From positions 298,916 through 362,915 of the forward strand of contig CAWGGP010000001.1 in NCBI GenBank assembly GCA_963822075.1: a DNA stretch of 64,000 nucleotides, in the 5' to 3' direction. The notes below the pieces were generated by a model. The model saw nothing but the letters and a program-made list of their open reading frames with translations, was not told the DNA's origin and searched no databases. This document shows, piece after piece, positions 8,527-20,255 of this stretch (the stretch's first letter is position 1; every line of letters begins with the position of its first letter). The position numbers and the translations under genes were made by a program. The stretch is from Candidatus Aminicenantes bacterium. GTDB lineage: Bacteria; Acidobacteriota; Aminicenantia; UBA2199.

Positions 8527-9882
8527 CTATTTCGCGGTTCCGGCCGCGCCCGGGGCGTCCTCGGCGATATCCTCGATGCGGCCGGGTAATTTTTCCAATA
8601 TTTCCTTGTCGACCCTGAAGCCGTAGGGCAGGGCGGGGTTGCGGGCGACGACCGATCCTCCCTGGGCTTCGCTGAATTCCAAGGTGACCGCGCTCCGTTT
8701 TTCCGGGTCGGCCGGGTCTTCGATTTTCAGGGAGGCGCGGGTGGTGAACCCGGGCAGGCGGAGCGGCCGGTCGATGAATTCCCTGGCTTCGCAGCCGGCG
8801 AGGGCGCTCAGCAGGCGTTCGACCTTGTCGATGCCCGGTTTTTTCCCGGAGGCCGGCCCGGTGAACTCCCAATCCCCGGCGGCGTTCTTGCGGACCGTAA
8901 AGCTGAAAGCGCCGCGGCGGAACGCGAGCTCCCTGACGTCAAAAGCATAAAAACGGGCCACTTTCCTCTCGCGGAAAAGGGAGGCGTCGCCGCTGAATTT
9001 GTCGGGGAAATCCTTGGCGATCTCGCAGATCTCGCCCGCCCCCTCGACCCAGGCGTAGAACCGCTCGCCTTTCTTCCCGACCGTGATCCGGCGGGCGGAA
9101 CCGGGTGAGCGGAATTCGGCCCGCAGCAGCGGCCGGCCCAGGCCGAAACCGCCGCGGGCGGCGGCGTCGGGAGCCGCGATGAAAGAGAGGGCTTCGACGG
9201 TGGCGGACGCGTTGAGGATATCGTTCACCCTGGCCTCCTGGGCCAGGGAATAAACGGGCTTGTCCAGGAGCCACTGGTCGTTTTTTTTCACGAAGGCCAG
9301 GGTCTTGCCGCCGGAGCTATATTCCATGGCCGATACGGCGCTGACGTCGATCGCCAGGAATTTCTTGTCGCGGAAGGCGAACAGGCCTTTTTCCAGGTCG
9401 TTGCGCTTGTAGGCGGCGATGGAGACCACCTTGCCCCCAGCCGCCAGCATGGCATACGAAGAGTCGTCGAGGCCGTTCTTCGTGCCCAGCAGGAGGGTCG
9501 CCGCCGGCCGGGCCGCGCCCCTGGCGACGAGCTTCAATTCGATCTCCGGCGCGTCCAGGCCGAAGTCCTTCAAGCCGCGGGCATTCTCCGCCACCAGGCG
9601 GTCGTACTTCAACGCGCAGAAATTATCGAGGATGCTTTCCAGCGCCACCTTGTCCGCCTTCGCCGCCAGCGGCTCCTCCAGGTACCACCGGCCGTCGCGC
9701 CGCGAAAACACGAAGCGGCCTTCCGGATTGCGTATCTCTATCCTTGCGACCGAGTCGGCGGGCATGTCGATCAGCGTGCCCTCCACCGCCGGCTTGCCCT
9801 TGGCGCTCCGGTCGACGTAGAGGATGGCGACGGCGAGGAGCGCCAGGAGAAGCAGCAGCGGCAGGATCTTTTTCCAGCTCAT
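8527..9882 (-). CDS. DUF4340-family exported protein
   Basis: N-terminal TM helix; repeated W..P..A and FGL..P units; downstream of a GldG-like gene. Confidence 0.8.
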   Translation of the reverse strand: MSWKKILPLLLLLALLAVAILYVDRSAKGKPAVEGTLIDMPADSVARIEIRNPEGRFVFSRRDGRWYLEEPLAAKADKVALESILDNFCALKYDRLVAENARGLKDFGLDAPEIELKLVARGAARPAATLLLGTKNGLDDSSYAMLAAGGKVVSIAAYKRNDLEKGLFAFRDKKFLAIDVSAVSAMEYSSGGKTLAFVKKNDQWLLDKPVYSLAQEARVNDILNASATVEALSFIAAPDAAARGGFGLGRPLLRAEFRSPGSARRITVGKKGERFYAWVEGAGEICEIAKDFPDKFSGDASLFRERKVARFYAFDVRELAFRRGAFSFTVRKNAAGDWEFTGPASGKKPGIDKVERLLSALAGCEAREFIDRPLRLPGFTTRASLKIEDPADPEKRSAVTLEFSEAQGGSVVARNPALPYGFRVDKEILEKLPGRIEDIAEDAPGAAGTAK

Positions 9883-11418
9883 AATTTCCTCCGGTACAGC
9901 CAGATGCCGATGCCGGCGGCGAATACCAGCAGGGGGAAAATGATCATCGTGTAGAACAGGACCAGGCGCCCGGCGCTCTGGGTCAGGCTGACCGTCCTGG
10001 GGGCGGTGATCCTGGGGGCGATGGCGACCAGGTCCTTCTCTTCCGCCAGCCAGGAAACGGCGTTGTCGAAAAAATTGCCGTTGGCCTGGAAGACGTAATA
10101 CTTGTTCTGGGCGAAATCGGCATCGCCGCAGACCACGAGTCGGGCCTGCTTGTCGCCGCTGCCGGATTCGCTGGCCGCCGCGATATCGATGGGGCCGTTC
10201 TTGTCTTCCGGGTTCTTGGTCATCTCCCCGGTCTTGACCTCGGTTTCGTAGCGGGTCTCGCCCCAGGAATTGGGGCTGGTGGAGGCGAGAATGCTCACGT
10301 TGACTCCGGCGGGGGGCGGGGTGACGCGGGCGAGGCCGCGGGCCAGGGGGAACATGGTGGCGTAGCCGAAGTTCCTGGTGATGGCGTGCTCGCCGTACTT
10401 GGCGACCACCGGCATGAAATAATTCCCGCCCATCAGGCGCGAGACGGGGTCGATCTCGACCGCGACGTTGTTTTCCAGGACGAGGCCGAATTTTTTAAGC
10501 AGCGGGTCCAGTTCCGCCCCGGTAAAGGGGTCGAGCAGCAGCAGCAGCCGCCCGGGCCCCTTTTCAAGGTAGTTCGCCAGCAGGAACAGCTCCTTGGCCA
10601 GGAGCGGTTTTTGCGGTCCCGCCACGACCACCGCCGCCGCGTCCGCCGGCACCGCCGCCTCCTGGAACAGGACCAGCTTTTTCACCTTGAAGGAGAGTTT
10701 TTCCAGGCCGGCCTTGGCCGCGGAATAACCGGTCGCTTCAGGGGAATCGATGTCGGGTTCGCCGTGCCCCTGGGTGAAGTATATCGTCTTTTCGCCCAGG
10801 CGCGAGACATTGATGATGGCGTTGGTGATGGCCTCTTCCGAGACCTCCTCGCTGCGCGTGGTCTTGCCGCCGTATTCGAAAACCAGCGTGCCGTTGGTCT
10901 TGATATCGTAACGCTTGACCATCTCCGGCTTCAGGTAGGGGTCGATGACCATGGCCTTGATCTTGGCGCTATGGTAGCGGTAGATCTCCAGCAGGGAGTT
11001 GAAGCGCTCCAGGTTGGCCTGCTCCTTGCTGAAAAAGGCCTTGATGAGCAGGTCCTTTTTCAGGGCGCGCACGACCTGCACCGACTGGGCGGACAGGGAG
11101 TGGACGCCGCCGGCGGTGAGATCGAAGCGCTTGTGCACCCGCACCCCCAGGTAATTGACGGCGGCGACGATGGCCACGATCAGCAGCACCACGACCGCCA
11201 GGTTGGAGGCGAAGATGAAGTTCAGGCGGCGAATTTTTCGTCTTGAATCGCTCGATATGGCTAGCGAAATAAGCGGCCAGCCCGGCGATGCCCAGGAGCA
11301 GGAGCGCCAGCCCTGCCTGGCCCGGGAAAGCCGCCAGCCCGTAGCTGAGCCAGAGGGTCGCGCCGGCGAGGATCAGCAGCAGGAAGAGATATTTGCCGTA
11401 GCGCCAGGCTTTGTCCAT
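9879..11418 (-). CDS. GldG/GIFT-domain ABC auxiliary protein (frameshift near 11230)
   Basis: RFDLT..HSLS, YFTQGHGEP, AGPQKPL, GDADF, NAVSWL and a C-terminal TM helix; N-terminal TMs in ORF 10969..11430. Confidence 0.85.
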
Positions 11419-11420
11419 GC

Positions 11421-12183
11421 TCACCTCCACTTCCTGAACTCGAATACGGAGCGGGTCAGATAGAGGCCGAGGAATATGAAGCTCAGGTAATAGACGATGT
11501 CCTGGGTATCGATGACGCCGCTGGCCATGTTCTTGAAATGGGAAAAGAACGACAGGTAGGTCAGGATCCCCTGCCAGGCCCCGGGACCGCTTTCGCCGAC
11601 CCAGGAGATCACCCAGATCATCATGATGGCCGAAAAGGAGATGACGGCGGCGATGACCTGGTTCTCGCTCAGCGCCGAGGCGAACAGGCCGATGGCGATG
11701 AACACCGCGCCCAGCAGGAACAGGCCCAGGTAGGCGACCAGGAGCGGCGGCGCTTCCGGGTTGCCGTAGACGAAGACGAAAACGGCGTAGGTGGCGGTCA
11801 GCAGCAGGATCAGGGCGTAGATGATCAGCGCCGCCAGGTACTTGCCGATGATGATCGCCGAAAGGCGCACCGGCGAGGTGAGCAGCAGCTCCTCGGTATG
11901 CATCTTTTTCTCGTCGGCGAACAGGCGCATGGTCAGCATGGGCAGCAGAAACATCAGGATGATGGTCATGTTGCTGAAGAACGGCTGGAAAAGCATCTGG
12001 TTGATGTTCAGGCGCTCCATGCCGTAGCCCGACTGCATGGCGCGCATGGTCTGGTCGTTGGCCCAGGCCAGGATGTTGTAGAAGAAAAGCCGCTGACCAG
12101 CAGGAAAAAGGCGGTCAGGATATAGGCGATGGGCGAGTAGAGGAAGGTTTTCAGCTCCTTCTTGGTTATGGTCCAGACGTTCC

Positions 12184-12187
<4 letters not shown>
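11421..12187 (-). CDS. GldF-like ABC-2 permease (frameshift in a T-run near 12085)
   Basis: MRNVWTITKKELKTFLYSPIAY continues into PMLTMRLFADEKK...ELLLTSP...GKYLA. Confidence 0.85.
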
Positions 12188-13095
<908 letters not shown>

Positions 13096-13104
13096 CCGTC
13101 CTCC

Positions 13105-15030
13105 TTACATCCGATCGGGAACAGCGATACCCAGGACGGCGAGGAGCGTCTCGACCTTGTCCTTGAATATCCGCACCAGCCCCAGGCGCGCCGACCGCAC
13201 CGCGGCGTCCTTTTCGGCCAGCACCGGGAAGAGATGATAATAGTGGTTGAATTTCTGGCACAACCCGTAGGCGTAGGCCGCCAGGGATGAGAGCTCGTGG
13301 TTTTCCAGGGCGTATTCCACCTGGTTTTCCAGCAGCGACAGGTTGAGGATCATTTCCCAGGAGAGTTCCCTTTCCTTGTCGCCCAGGAGCGCCAGGCTGC
13401 CCGGGCCGCCCAAGGCCGGACTGTCCGCCGGGGCCGTTTTTTTCAGGATGCTGTTCAGGCGGACCAGGGTATATTGCAGGTAGGGGCCGCTGTCGCCTTC
13501 GAAATTCAGGGCTTCCTTGAAATCGAAGGCGATCACGGTGTTCAGGTTGAACTTGACCATGAAATAGCGCAGGGCGGCGACGGCGATGATGCGGGCCAGG
13601 TCCACGGCCTCGGCTTCGCCCATCTCGGGATTCCGCGCCCGGACCTCGCGCAGCGACTTTTCGTTCAGCATGGTGATCAGTTCGTCGGCCTTGACCGCCC
13701 GGCCCTTGCGCCCGGAAACCTCGATATAGGGCTTGTTCTCTTCGCCCGCTTCCAGCTTCAAGCCCATCTCCCTGACGCAGGCCGGCGTCAGGGCGACCAT
13801 CTCGTAGGAAAAATGGACGAACTTGGCGGCGGCTTCGGGATGGCCCAGCTGGGCCAGCACCTGGGCGATCAGGTTCTGCAGGTAGGATTGGCGGACGTCG
13901 ATGACGTTGTACACCCGCTGGCCGCGGCCGAATCTTCCGGGCGCGGAGGGCGCGGGCGCGTCAACCGGGGCCGACGCGGTCATGGTGATGACATGGCCGT
14001 CGGGGTAGGCGTGGAAAAGCCGGTAATGAAAGTCCTTGCCCAGCAGGTCGAATTTCCAGAGGTTGTAGGCGATGTCCTTGCCCACGTAGGTGATGGTGCC
14101 GTTGGAGCGGACGATGATCTTTTCGATCTTTTCCCGGTCGTAATGGATGACCAGGCAGCCTTTCTTTTCCGGGTCGGCGGAGGGCGCCATCACGCCGCGC
14201 CGGGTCAGCTCCGCGCCGGCCGCCTTGAAAAAATCCAGGGCGATGACGTCGCTCTCCCTGGCCAGCAGGTCGTACTGGATGCCGATGCGCTCCATGGTCC
14301 GGATATGGTCCATCAGGACCTGTTCGGCGATATACAGGCAGGCCGCGTATTCGGGTTCGCTCTTTTCCTCGATCTTTTTATGGACTTCCCGGCGCTGGGC
14401 GGACAGCGCCTCGTCGGCGGCGAACAGCTGGTTGACCTCGGCGTAGAGGTCCCAGAGATAAGAGGCCAGGCCGGGGATCTCCCGGATCGCGGCCAGGTCC
14501 TTTTTCTGGTAATGGAGCAGCCCCCAGACCACGTCGGCGATCTGGATGCCGGTGTCGTCGATGTAGTTCTGCACCTCGACTTCGTAACCCAGGAAACGGC
14601 AGCAGCGGGCCAGGACGTCGCCCAGGCAGGAATTGCGCAAATGCCCGATATGGGCCGCCTTGTTCGGATTGATGCTCGTGTGCTCGACGATGACCTTTTC
14701 CCCTTTCCCCGCCGGGGTTTTTCCCAGGTTTTGCCATTGGTAGAGGAGGAAATCGTCCCTCTTCAGGTAAAAATTGAGGAAACCGCCGCCGGCGACCCGG
14801 ACGTCCTCGACCACGCCCAGCCGGCCCCGCAGTTTCGCGGCGATGTCGTTGGCCAGCAAAAAAGGTTTGCCTTTGAGTTTTTTTGCCAAAGCGAAGGGCA
14901 GGGTGGACGAAAGGTCGCCGAATTTCCGCTCGGCGGGGAGCGAAAAAGTCAGCTCGACTCCCGACAGGTCATAAGCATCCCGCAAGAGGGAGTGTATCTC
15001 TTTTTTCAGGCTTTCCTGAAGGGTTTTCAT
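13105..15030 (-). CDS. argS: Arginine--tRNA ligase
   Basis: EHTSINPNKAAHIGHLRN, VSGRKG, FEGDSGPYLQY; start placed at MKTLQ (15030). Confidence 0.95.
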   Translation of the reverse strand: MKTLQESLKKEIHSLLRDAYDLSGVELTFSLPAERKFGDLSSTLPFALAKKLKGKPFLLANDIAAKLRGRLGVVEDVRVAGGGFLNFYLKRDDFLLYQWQNLGKTPAGKGEKVIVEHTSINPNKAAHIGHLRNSCLGDVLARCCRFLGYEVEVQNYIDDTGIQIADVVWGLLHYQKKDLAAIREIPGLASYLWDLYAEVNQLFAADEALSAQRREVHKKIEEKSEPEYAACLYIAEQVLMDHIRTMERIGIQYDLLARESDVIALDFFKAAGAELTRRGVMAPSADPEKKGCLVIHYDREKIEKIIVRSNGTITYVGKDIAYNLWKFDLLGKDFHYRLFHAYPDGHVITMTASAPVDAPAPSAPGRFGRGQRVYNVIDVRQSYLQNLIAQVLAQLGHPEAAAKFVHFSYEMVALTPACVREMGLKLEAGEENKPYIEVSGRKGRAVKADELITMLNEKSLREVRARNPEMGEAEAVDLARIIAVAALRYFMVKFNLNTVIAFDFKEALNFEGDSGPYLQYTLVRLNSILKKTAPADSPALGGPGSLALLGDKERELSWEMILNLSLLENQVEYALENHELSSLAAYAYGLCQKFNHYYHLFPVLAEKDAAVRSARLGLVRIFKDKVETLLAVLGIAVPDRM

Positions 15031-15049
15031 ATCTTTTCCATCGGTGCGG

Positions 15050-15078
15050 ATTATATAATAGCCGCCCCGGGGAGTCAA
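15050..15078 (-). promoter_or_regulatory. Sigma70 promoter of argS
   Basis: TTGACT-N17-TATAAT on the minus strand. Confidence 0.7.
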
Positions 15079-15132
15079 CCTTGAAACGCTTTGCTTAAAA
15101 GCCTCTGCGGCCGATCGTCGGCCCGTCCGGCT

Positions 15133-15603
15133 TTAGTTGAGAATGGCCTTTTCCTTTTCCAGCACCCGCTCGTACGCCTCGGCCTGGTCGCGGGCGCCGG
15201 CCAGGGCGGCGACCAGGTCGCCGCTGCCGGTGAGGCGGGCGAGATGGGCGAGGGTCTTCAGGTGCAGCCCGATATCGCGGTCGTCGCTCATGATCAGGAA
15301 GACCACGTGCACGTCCTTGCCGTCAGGGGCCTTGAAGTCCAGCCCCTTGCGCACCAGGGCCATGGCCAGGAAAAATTCGGAAAATTCGTCGGAAAAGATG
15401 TGCGGCGTCGCCACCCCGCGGCCGATCCCGGTCGACTGCACGTTTTCCCGCTTGATGAACAGGCGCTTCACTTTCTTGACGTCGTGGATGATCCCCCTTT
15501 CATGGAGGAACTGGGCGAAATCGCCGTAGAAATGGCTGGTGTCCTTGCTCGCTTCGCAGATATAGATATTTTCCTTTTTCAGGAAGTTGGCCAGTTTCAT
15601 CAT
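15133..15603 (-). CDS. PTS EIIA (Ntr/fructose-type) domain protein
   Basis: KRE..STGIGRGVATPH (phospho-His), DFKAPDGKDV, HLKTLAHLAR. Confidence 0.88.
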   Translation of the reverse strand: MMKLANFLKKENIYICEASKDTSHFYGDFAQFLHERGIIHDVKKVKRLFIKRENVQSTGIGRGVATPHIFSDEFSEFFLAMALVRKGLDFKAPDGKDVHVVFLIMSDDRDIGLHLKTLAHLARLTGSGDLVAALAGARDQAEAYERVLEKEKAILN

Positions 15604-15968
15604 AGGCTCCTTCGGATATCGTCGCCGGTCCCGAACGCCCGGTCCGGCCCGGCGGAGACCAGGGACACGTTCTGCTGCTCGCTCCTCTCCAGGCGCAGCC
15701 GTGTGCCCCAGGGGTCGACCAGGAAATCGGCCCTGGGCAGGAAGCGCGGGACCAGCGTTTCCAGGTCGGCGGGATAGTCGCCGGTCTCGTCGGCATAGGC
15801 GTCGAGGGCGGCTTCCACCTGCTTGATGATGGGCTCCAGGGTCTGCCCTTTGACCGCGTCCAGCCTGGCGGTGGATTCGGCGACGGGATTGGCCTTGCCG
15901 CCGCCGTGGAAGATCACGGCGAGCAAAACAGCCAGGGCGACCAGGAGGATCAGCAAACCGAATCTCAT
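15600..15968 (-). CDS. GspG C-terminal-domain (pseudopilin-like) protein
   Basis: ALDAY...GDYP...DPWG...SAGPD..FGTGDDI pattern; N-terminal hydrophobic anchor. Confidence 0.7.
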   Translation of the reverse strand: MRFGLLILLVALAVLLAVIFHGGGKANPVAESTARLDAVKGQTLEPIIKQVEAALDAYADETGDYPADLETLVPRFLPRADFLVDPWGTRLRLERSEQQNVSLVSAGPDRAFGTGDDIRRSL

Positions 15969-16050
15969 TTACCCATTCTAGTTAAGTGAAAAAAAAAATA
16001 CAAGCGGCATAAAAAAAGAAGTGGGCGGGCTGGTAACGGGTGTCCGCCGT

Positions 16051-17089
16051 TCAGTCGCGGCTCGCCCGGGCCCGGAATTCCCCGCGCTTCAGGTCGATTT
16101 CCTGGGCCAGGTAGCCGTTTTCCCCGGCCCGGGCCCGCCGGGACAGGAGCGCGATCTTCCCCGCGGCGCCATGGTCGATGACCAGGCGCAGGCGCGTGCC
16201 CGGGAAAGAGACCAGCATTTCGTAGTCGTTGCCGCTGTCGCCGGCGACCAGCACCGGCTCGCCCGGCAGCCGCCGGCGGATATTGGCCACCTTGCCCGGG
16301 CCGAGGTTCGGGCGCACGCCCGCCGCCAGGGAGCGGCCGAAGCGATCGCCCGCGACCTTCAGTTCCATGCCGATGACCTGCCGGCAGGGGAAAGAGGTCA
16401 TGGCGATCATTTTTTCCACGAGCCGCCGGTTGCTGGCCGTGGAGATCACGACCTCGCCGCCGCGCTCCCGCCAGCAAGCCGCCAGGTCTTTCATCTCCGG
16501 GTAGAGGCGGACGCCGCCGGTCCAGGCGTAGCGCCAGCGCCCCAGCGGGTCGATGATGACGCGGCGGCCGAGGGGAGCGTCAAGTCCCTCGGCGATGACC
16601 GACGCAGCCAGCCGATCGAATTCCGCAAGCGTCATCCCTTGCAGAAGCAGGTTCACCCAGGGGTAGGCGAACTCGCAGCCGATCCCCGGCGTTTCCTCCA
16701 GCGCCCGGTTCAGGGCCAGCAGCCCCGAGGTGAAGACGCGATAATTCTCGTCGACTCCAGTCCTGCCTCCGGCTGTCATCCCTGCCTTCAAGTGTTTATA
16801 AGCGGTGAAGACCGCGTCCTTTATTTTCTTCAGGGGGAACGGTTTGCCTTGGATAAGGACGTGGTTGATGCCGTGGATCGTGTCGGGGACGGTTGCCGCC
16901 ATGGCCTTGGCATCCATGGCGAAGGCCAGGTCGAAGGTCAGGCGCCGCAGCAGGGCCTCGCCGATGTCGCCGCAGATGCAGGTGTTGTCCCAGTCGAAGA
17001 CCGCGATCTCGCCCGGCCTGACCCCGCGCCAAGAATTCATTCAGCGCCTTGTAGTTCCGTTCGCTCCAGTTCCGCCGCTTCAGCTTCAT
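16051..17089 (-). CDS. HAD-family phosphatase, phosphorylcholine-phosphatase-like (indel near 17030)
   Basis: DWDNT, STAS, GK and GDSGND motifs; N-terminus MKLKRRNWSERNYKALNEFL in the adjacent frame. Confidence 0.8.
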
Positions 17090-17153
17090 GGCGCAACCAT
17101 AATTGTTATCCGAATAAATTGCAAATGCGAAGGCTACGCTTCGGGAAATACCG

Positions 17154-18485
17154 TCAAACGAACAGCGCTTGCCAATCCCTGCCCAAGGCCGCGATCGGGA
17201 CGGCGGCCTCTCCGGAAGCTGCGATTTTTTCCCTCAGCAGCGGGGCAAGCGAAACCGCCGGGCATGTTTTTCGTATGGGCCGGGGCACGGCTTCCCGCAT
17301 GCGCCCGAATATCGCGGCGAAACTTTCTTCTTCGATGTTCCCGAAAGAGACCGGGAGAAAAACGCAGGGCAGAACGTTTCCCCGGGCATCCACGGCCAGG
17401 TGGGACAAGCCGCCCATGCGGCATCCCAGCCGCGAGGGGTGCTCGATATACGCTTCATAGGAGACGAGGGGGAGTTTCCGGTAGGCGGGGCTCGTGTTCG
17501 CGGTCTCGTGAAATCCAGCCGTGATCCGTCGATCCTCTGCGCCGAAAAGTTCGCCGCCTTCATATCCGACGGGCTTGCCGCAGGAGCGCGGCTCGAGAAG
17601 GCGAACGATCCCGACCCTGAGGTCGGCGGCCAGTTCCAGGAGGCGGGGAAGCCCGCCCGTGCGCACGAGGGCGGGGGTCAGGCAGGTGTTCAAGTAGGTG
17701 AAGATCCCGGCGTGCGCAAAGGTGCGGCAGGCGCGAACAGCGGTGGCGAATGCGCCGGCGACCCCCCGCAGGCGGTCATGGCGTTGCGGGTCGAAATCGT
17801 CCAAGCCGACGCCGGCGGCGACCAGGCCATCCCGGCGCAGCGAAGCCGCGATGCTTTCGTCCAAGCCGGCGCCGGAGGTGTGCAGGTGAAATTCGCTCAA
17901 GCCATGGTCGGCGGAGCGGAGCAGTTCGGAAATTCCCTGGACGCGCAAAAGCGGCTCTCCCCCGGAAAGGACGATGATGCTGGTCCCGAGCCCCTGGAGC
18001 TCACGGATCACGTTTTCCCACCGCCCGATGGGGAGCGCTTCGCCGGGGGCCAGGGCGAGATTTTCATAGCAGTGCCGGCAACGGTATCCGCAGCGGCTGG
18101 TGATGGCCAGGATGGCCATGTCGATCTGTCGTTTGCGCGGAGAGCCGCAGGCGGTGAGGTTCAACCCTCCGCCCGCGACCATGCGGTCGAAAGGGGCGGA
18201 CGGCCAGCGGGGGGTGGTCAGGGAGTAGCGGTATGTCCCGGCATAGGCGACCGTTTTGCAGAGTTTTGCCGAGCGCAACAACTCCCGGTTGGCCAGGATC
18301 CCCCCCCGGGAAGCGCGGATGGTAAAAAGCGGGTAGCGTTTTCGCTGCGCGAGGTATTTGCAAAAACTGGCTTTTAACTTCCAGCCTGCGCGACGGGCCT
18401 GTTCTCTGGTCAGGAATTCCGGCGGGGAGGGCGGGTCGGCGGATTTCACCGTTCCCGGCTTTTTATTTCGTGCTCTTTTTTCCAT
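17154..18485 (-). CDS. Radical SAM protein with Twitch/SPASM-type C-terminal domain
   Basis: CGYRCRHC, SGGEP, and GC.MGG......DARGNVLPC...FGN...C. Confidence 0.88.
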   Translation of the reverse strand: MEKRARNKKPGTVKSADPPSPPEFLTREQARRAGWKLKASFCKYLAQRKRYPLFTIRASRGGILANRELLRSAKLCKTVAYAGTYRYSLTTPRWPSAPFDRMVAGGGLNLTACGSPRKRQIDMAILAITSRCGYRCRHCYENLALAPGEALPIGRWENVIRELQGLGTSIIVLSGGEPLLRVQGISELLRSADHGLSEFHLHTSGAGLDESIAASLRRDGLVAAGVGLDDFDPQRHDRLRGVAGAFATAVRACRTFAHAGIFTYLNTCLTPALVRTGGLPRLLELAADLRVGIVRLLEPRSCGKPVGYEGGELFGAEDRRITAGFHETANTSPAYRKLPLVSYEAYIEHPSRLGCRMGGLSHLAVDARGNVLPCVFLPVSFGNIEEESFAAIFGRMREAVPRPIRKTCPAVSLAPLLREKIAASGEAAVPIAALGRDWQALFV

Positions 18486-20110
18486 TTTTTGTATTCATTC
18501 AGGCCCCAGCGGCTGCCGAAGCCGGGTTCGCTCAGGAAGCGCCCGAGAACAGCCGTCTGCGCGTCGCCTGTTGCATCCAGGTGGATGTCGTAATAGCCGC
18601 TGACCTTGGCCAGTACCGTCCGTTCGCGGCCGGGCCGGAGGGGGGGCGCAGAGAAAACAAGGTCGGCCCGGTCGCCGATCTCCGGCATGACATAGTAATC
18701 CTGATCGGTCGCTTCGAGAGCCATGGCGGCATTCGCCCCGGAGGCATCGATGGCCTCGGATGCGCTTACGTTTTCGATCTGGACCGGCTGGTCTGGCGTA
18801 AAATCGACGGCGATCGAGTTGATGGCCCAGAAAGCGGCCGGGGGAGTCAGACGGATGCGCAAAACATCCCCGGCCACTCCGGTCAGGTCGACGACATACG
18901 CCTTGTCCTCGGAAATGAAGGGGCCGCCGCCGATGAGCACCCCGCGGGTTTCCCAGCCATTCCCGGTCTCGACGCGGATCTGCAGCTGGTAAAGCTCTTC
19001 GTTAAAATTCCATTTTTTTGTCAATTCGTATGCCATGCCCTTTTTGTTAAGTGCGGCATAGCAGGCGGCGATGTTCTCCCCATGGAGCTCGAGGTACTTT
19101 TTCACCATCTGCGACGCCCACAAGGTGTTGCCGCCGTTGAACAGGATCTTTACTTCCGTCGCCCCGCTGGGCTTGGAAAACTCGAAAAGCAACTCTTCCT
19201 TGGTGGTCGTCCCGGGGGCGGCGACAGGGTCTTCGTCGTTGCTTTCCCAGTAGACCCAGTCGGTGCTGGCGACGGTGCCGAGGATGTCGCGGCCCCGGCC
19301 ATCGACCGCGCGGATCGCCGGTTGAGGCTGGCTGAACGTGTGCATGACCCCGTTCTCGTCGGGAGCGATCCGGGTCCCGGGATCATGATCCACGACCACG
19401 AGCTTGAGCTCGTCGGTGTATTGGGTCTCCTCCACTTCATTGGTGAGCCGGATGCGATACGCGCCTTCGACCTCCTTGAGATGTTCCAGCTTGACCCATT
19501 CCGTCCGCTGCAGTCCCGGACAGGTGGCGCCGCCGTAAGGCTCGGCGTCAAAAACGTAGTTCTGGCCGTCAAACGAGTATATGAAAGGGCAGGATTCCTT
19601 CAGGGCCGCGATGATCCCCATGCCACCGAGGATGATCCCGCCGATCACCCCGACCGTGGCGATAAACGACATGGCGCCATCCGTTTTTTTCATATAAATT
19701 TCTTTGATATCGGCCAGGGGGATATGGATTTGCGGGATCTGCTCATACACGATCACGCCTTTGTCCTCTTTGATCTTGCGCACGATGGCCATCTCCCGAT
19801 GGTCCTCCGTGATGAAGACTTTTCCGAGGGTGGCCGAATTGAATACATTGTCCCGGCTTCCTTTTTTTAATTCCTTTTGTTCCGGTTTTCCGCCCAGCCC
19901 GACGATCTCATTCCCGGCCAGGTGTCCCAAGCCGAGCTTGTGGAACTCGATTTTTTCGCCGGACTTCTTCAGGACGGCCAGGATCCTGGTCACGCTTTTT
20001 TTTGCGGCGATGGCTTCCGGCTTGACGGCCACTTTTTTTCGCACCACGCAGGACCAGGATGAAAGCAAAAAACAAAAAACCGTAAAAATCGCAACGCTTT
20101 TTTTTGCCAT
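18446..20110 (-). CDS. Hypothetical exported protein or lipoprotein with internal TM helix followed by an SCPFIY domain
   Basis: GGAGGAG SD; MAKK + hydrophobic stretch + SWSC; TM SFIATVGVIGGIILGGMGIIAAL; SCPFIYSFDG...DELKLVVVDH. Confidence 0.75.
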   Translation of the reverse strand: MAKKSVAIFTVFCFLLSSWSCVVRKKVAVKPEAIAAKKSVTRILAVLKKSGEKIEFHKLGLGHLAGNEIVGLGGKPEQKELKKGSRDNVFNSATLGKVFITEDHREMAIVRKIKEDKGVIVYEQIPQIHIPLADIKEIYMKKTDGAMSFIATVGVIGGIILGGMGIIAALKESCPFIYSFDGQNYVFDAEPYGGATCPGLQRTEWVKLEHLKEVEGAYRIRLTNEVEETQYTDELKLVVVDHDPGTRIAPDENGVMHTFSQPQPAIRAVDGRGRDILGTVASTDWVYWESNDEDPVAAPGTTTKEELLFEFSKPSGATEVKILFNGGNTLWASQMVKKYLELHGENIAACYAALNKKGMAYELTKKWNFNEELYQLQIRVETGNGWETRGVLIGGGPFISEDKAYVVDLTGVAGDVLRIRLTPPAAFWAINSIAVDFTPDQPVQIENVSASEAIDASGANAAMALEATDQDYYVMPEIGDRADLVFSAPPLRPGRERTVLAKVSGYYDIHLDATGDAQTAVLGRFLSEPGFGSRWGLNEYKKWKKEHEIKSRER

Positions 20111-20255
20111 GTCTCCTCCTCCCCGTTTATGGGAAAATAGTAAACCAACGAAAGCAGTAAAGTCAATGCGGCATTGGTTCCGCGATTTTAAACTTGACAA
20201 CCACCGGCATCCTTTTTATTATGGATACCATATTGCGAGCCAAGCGAGAGGGGGC

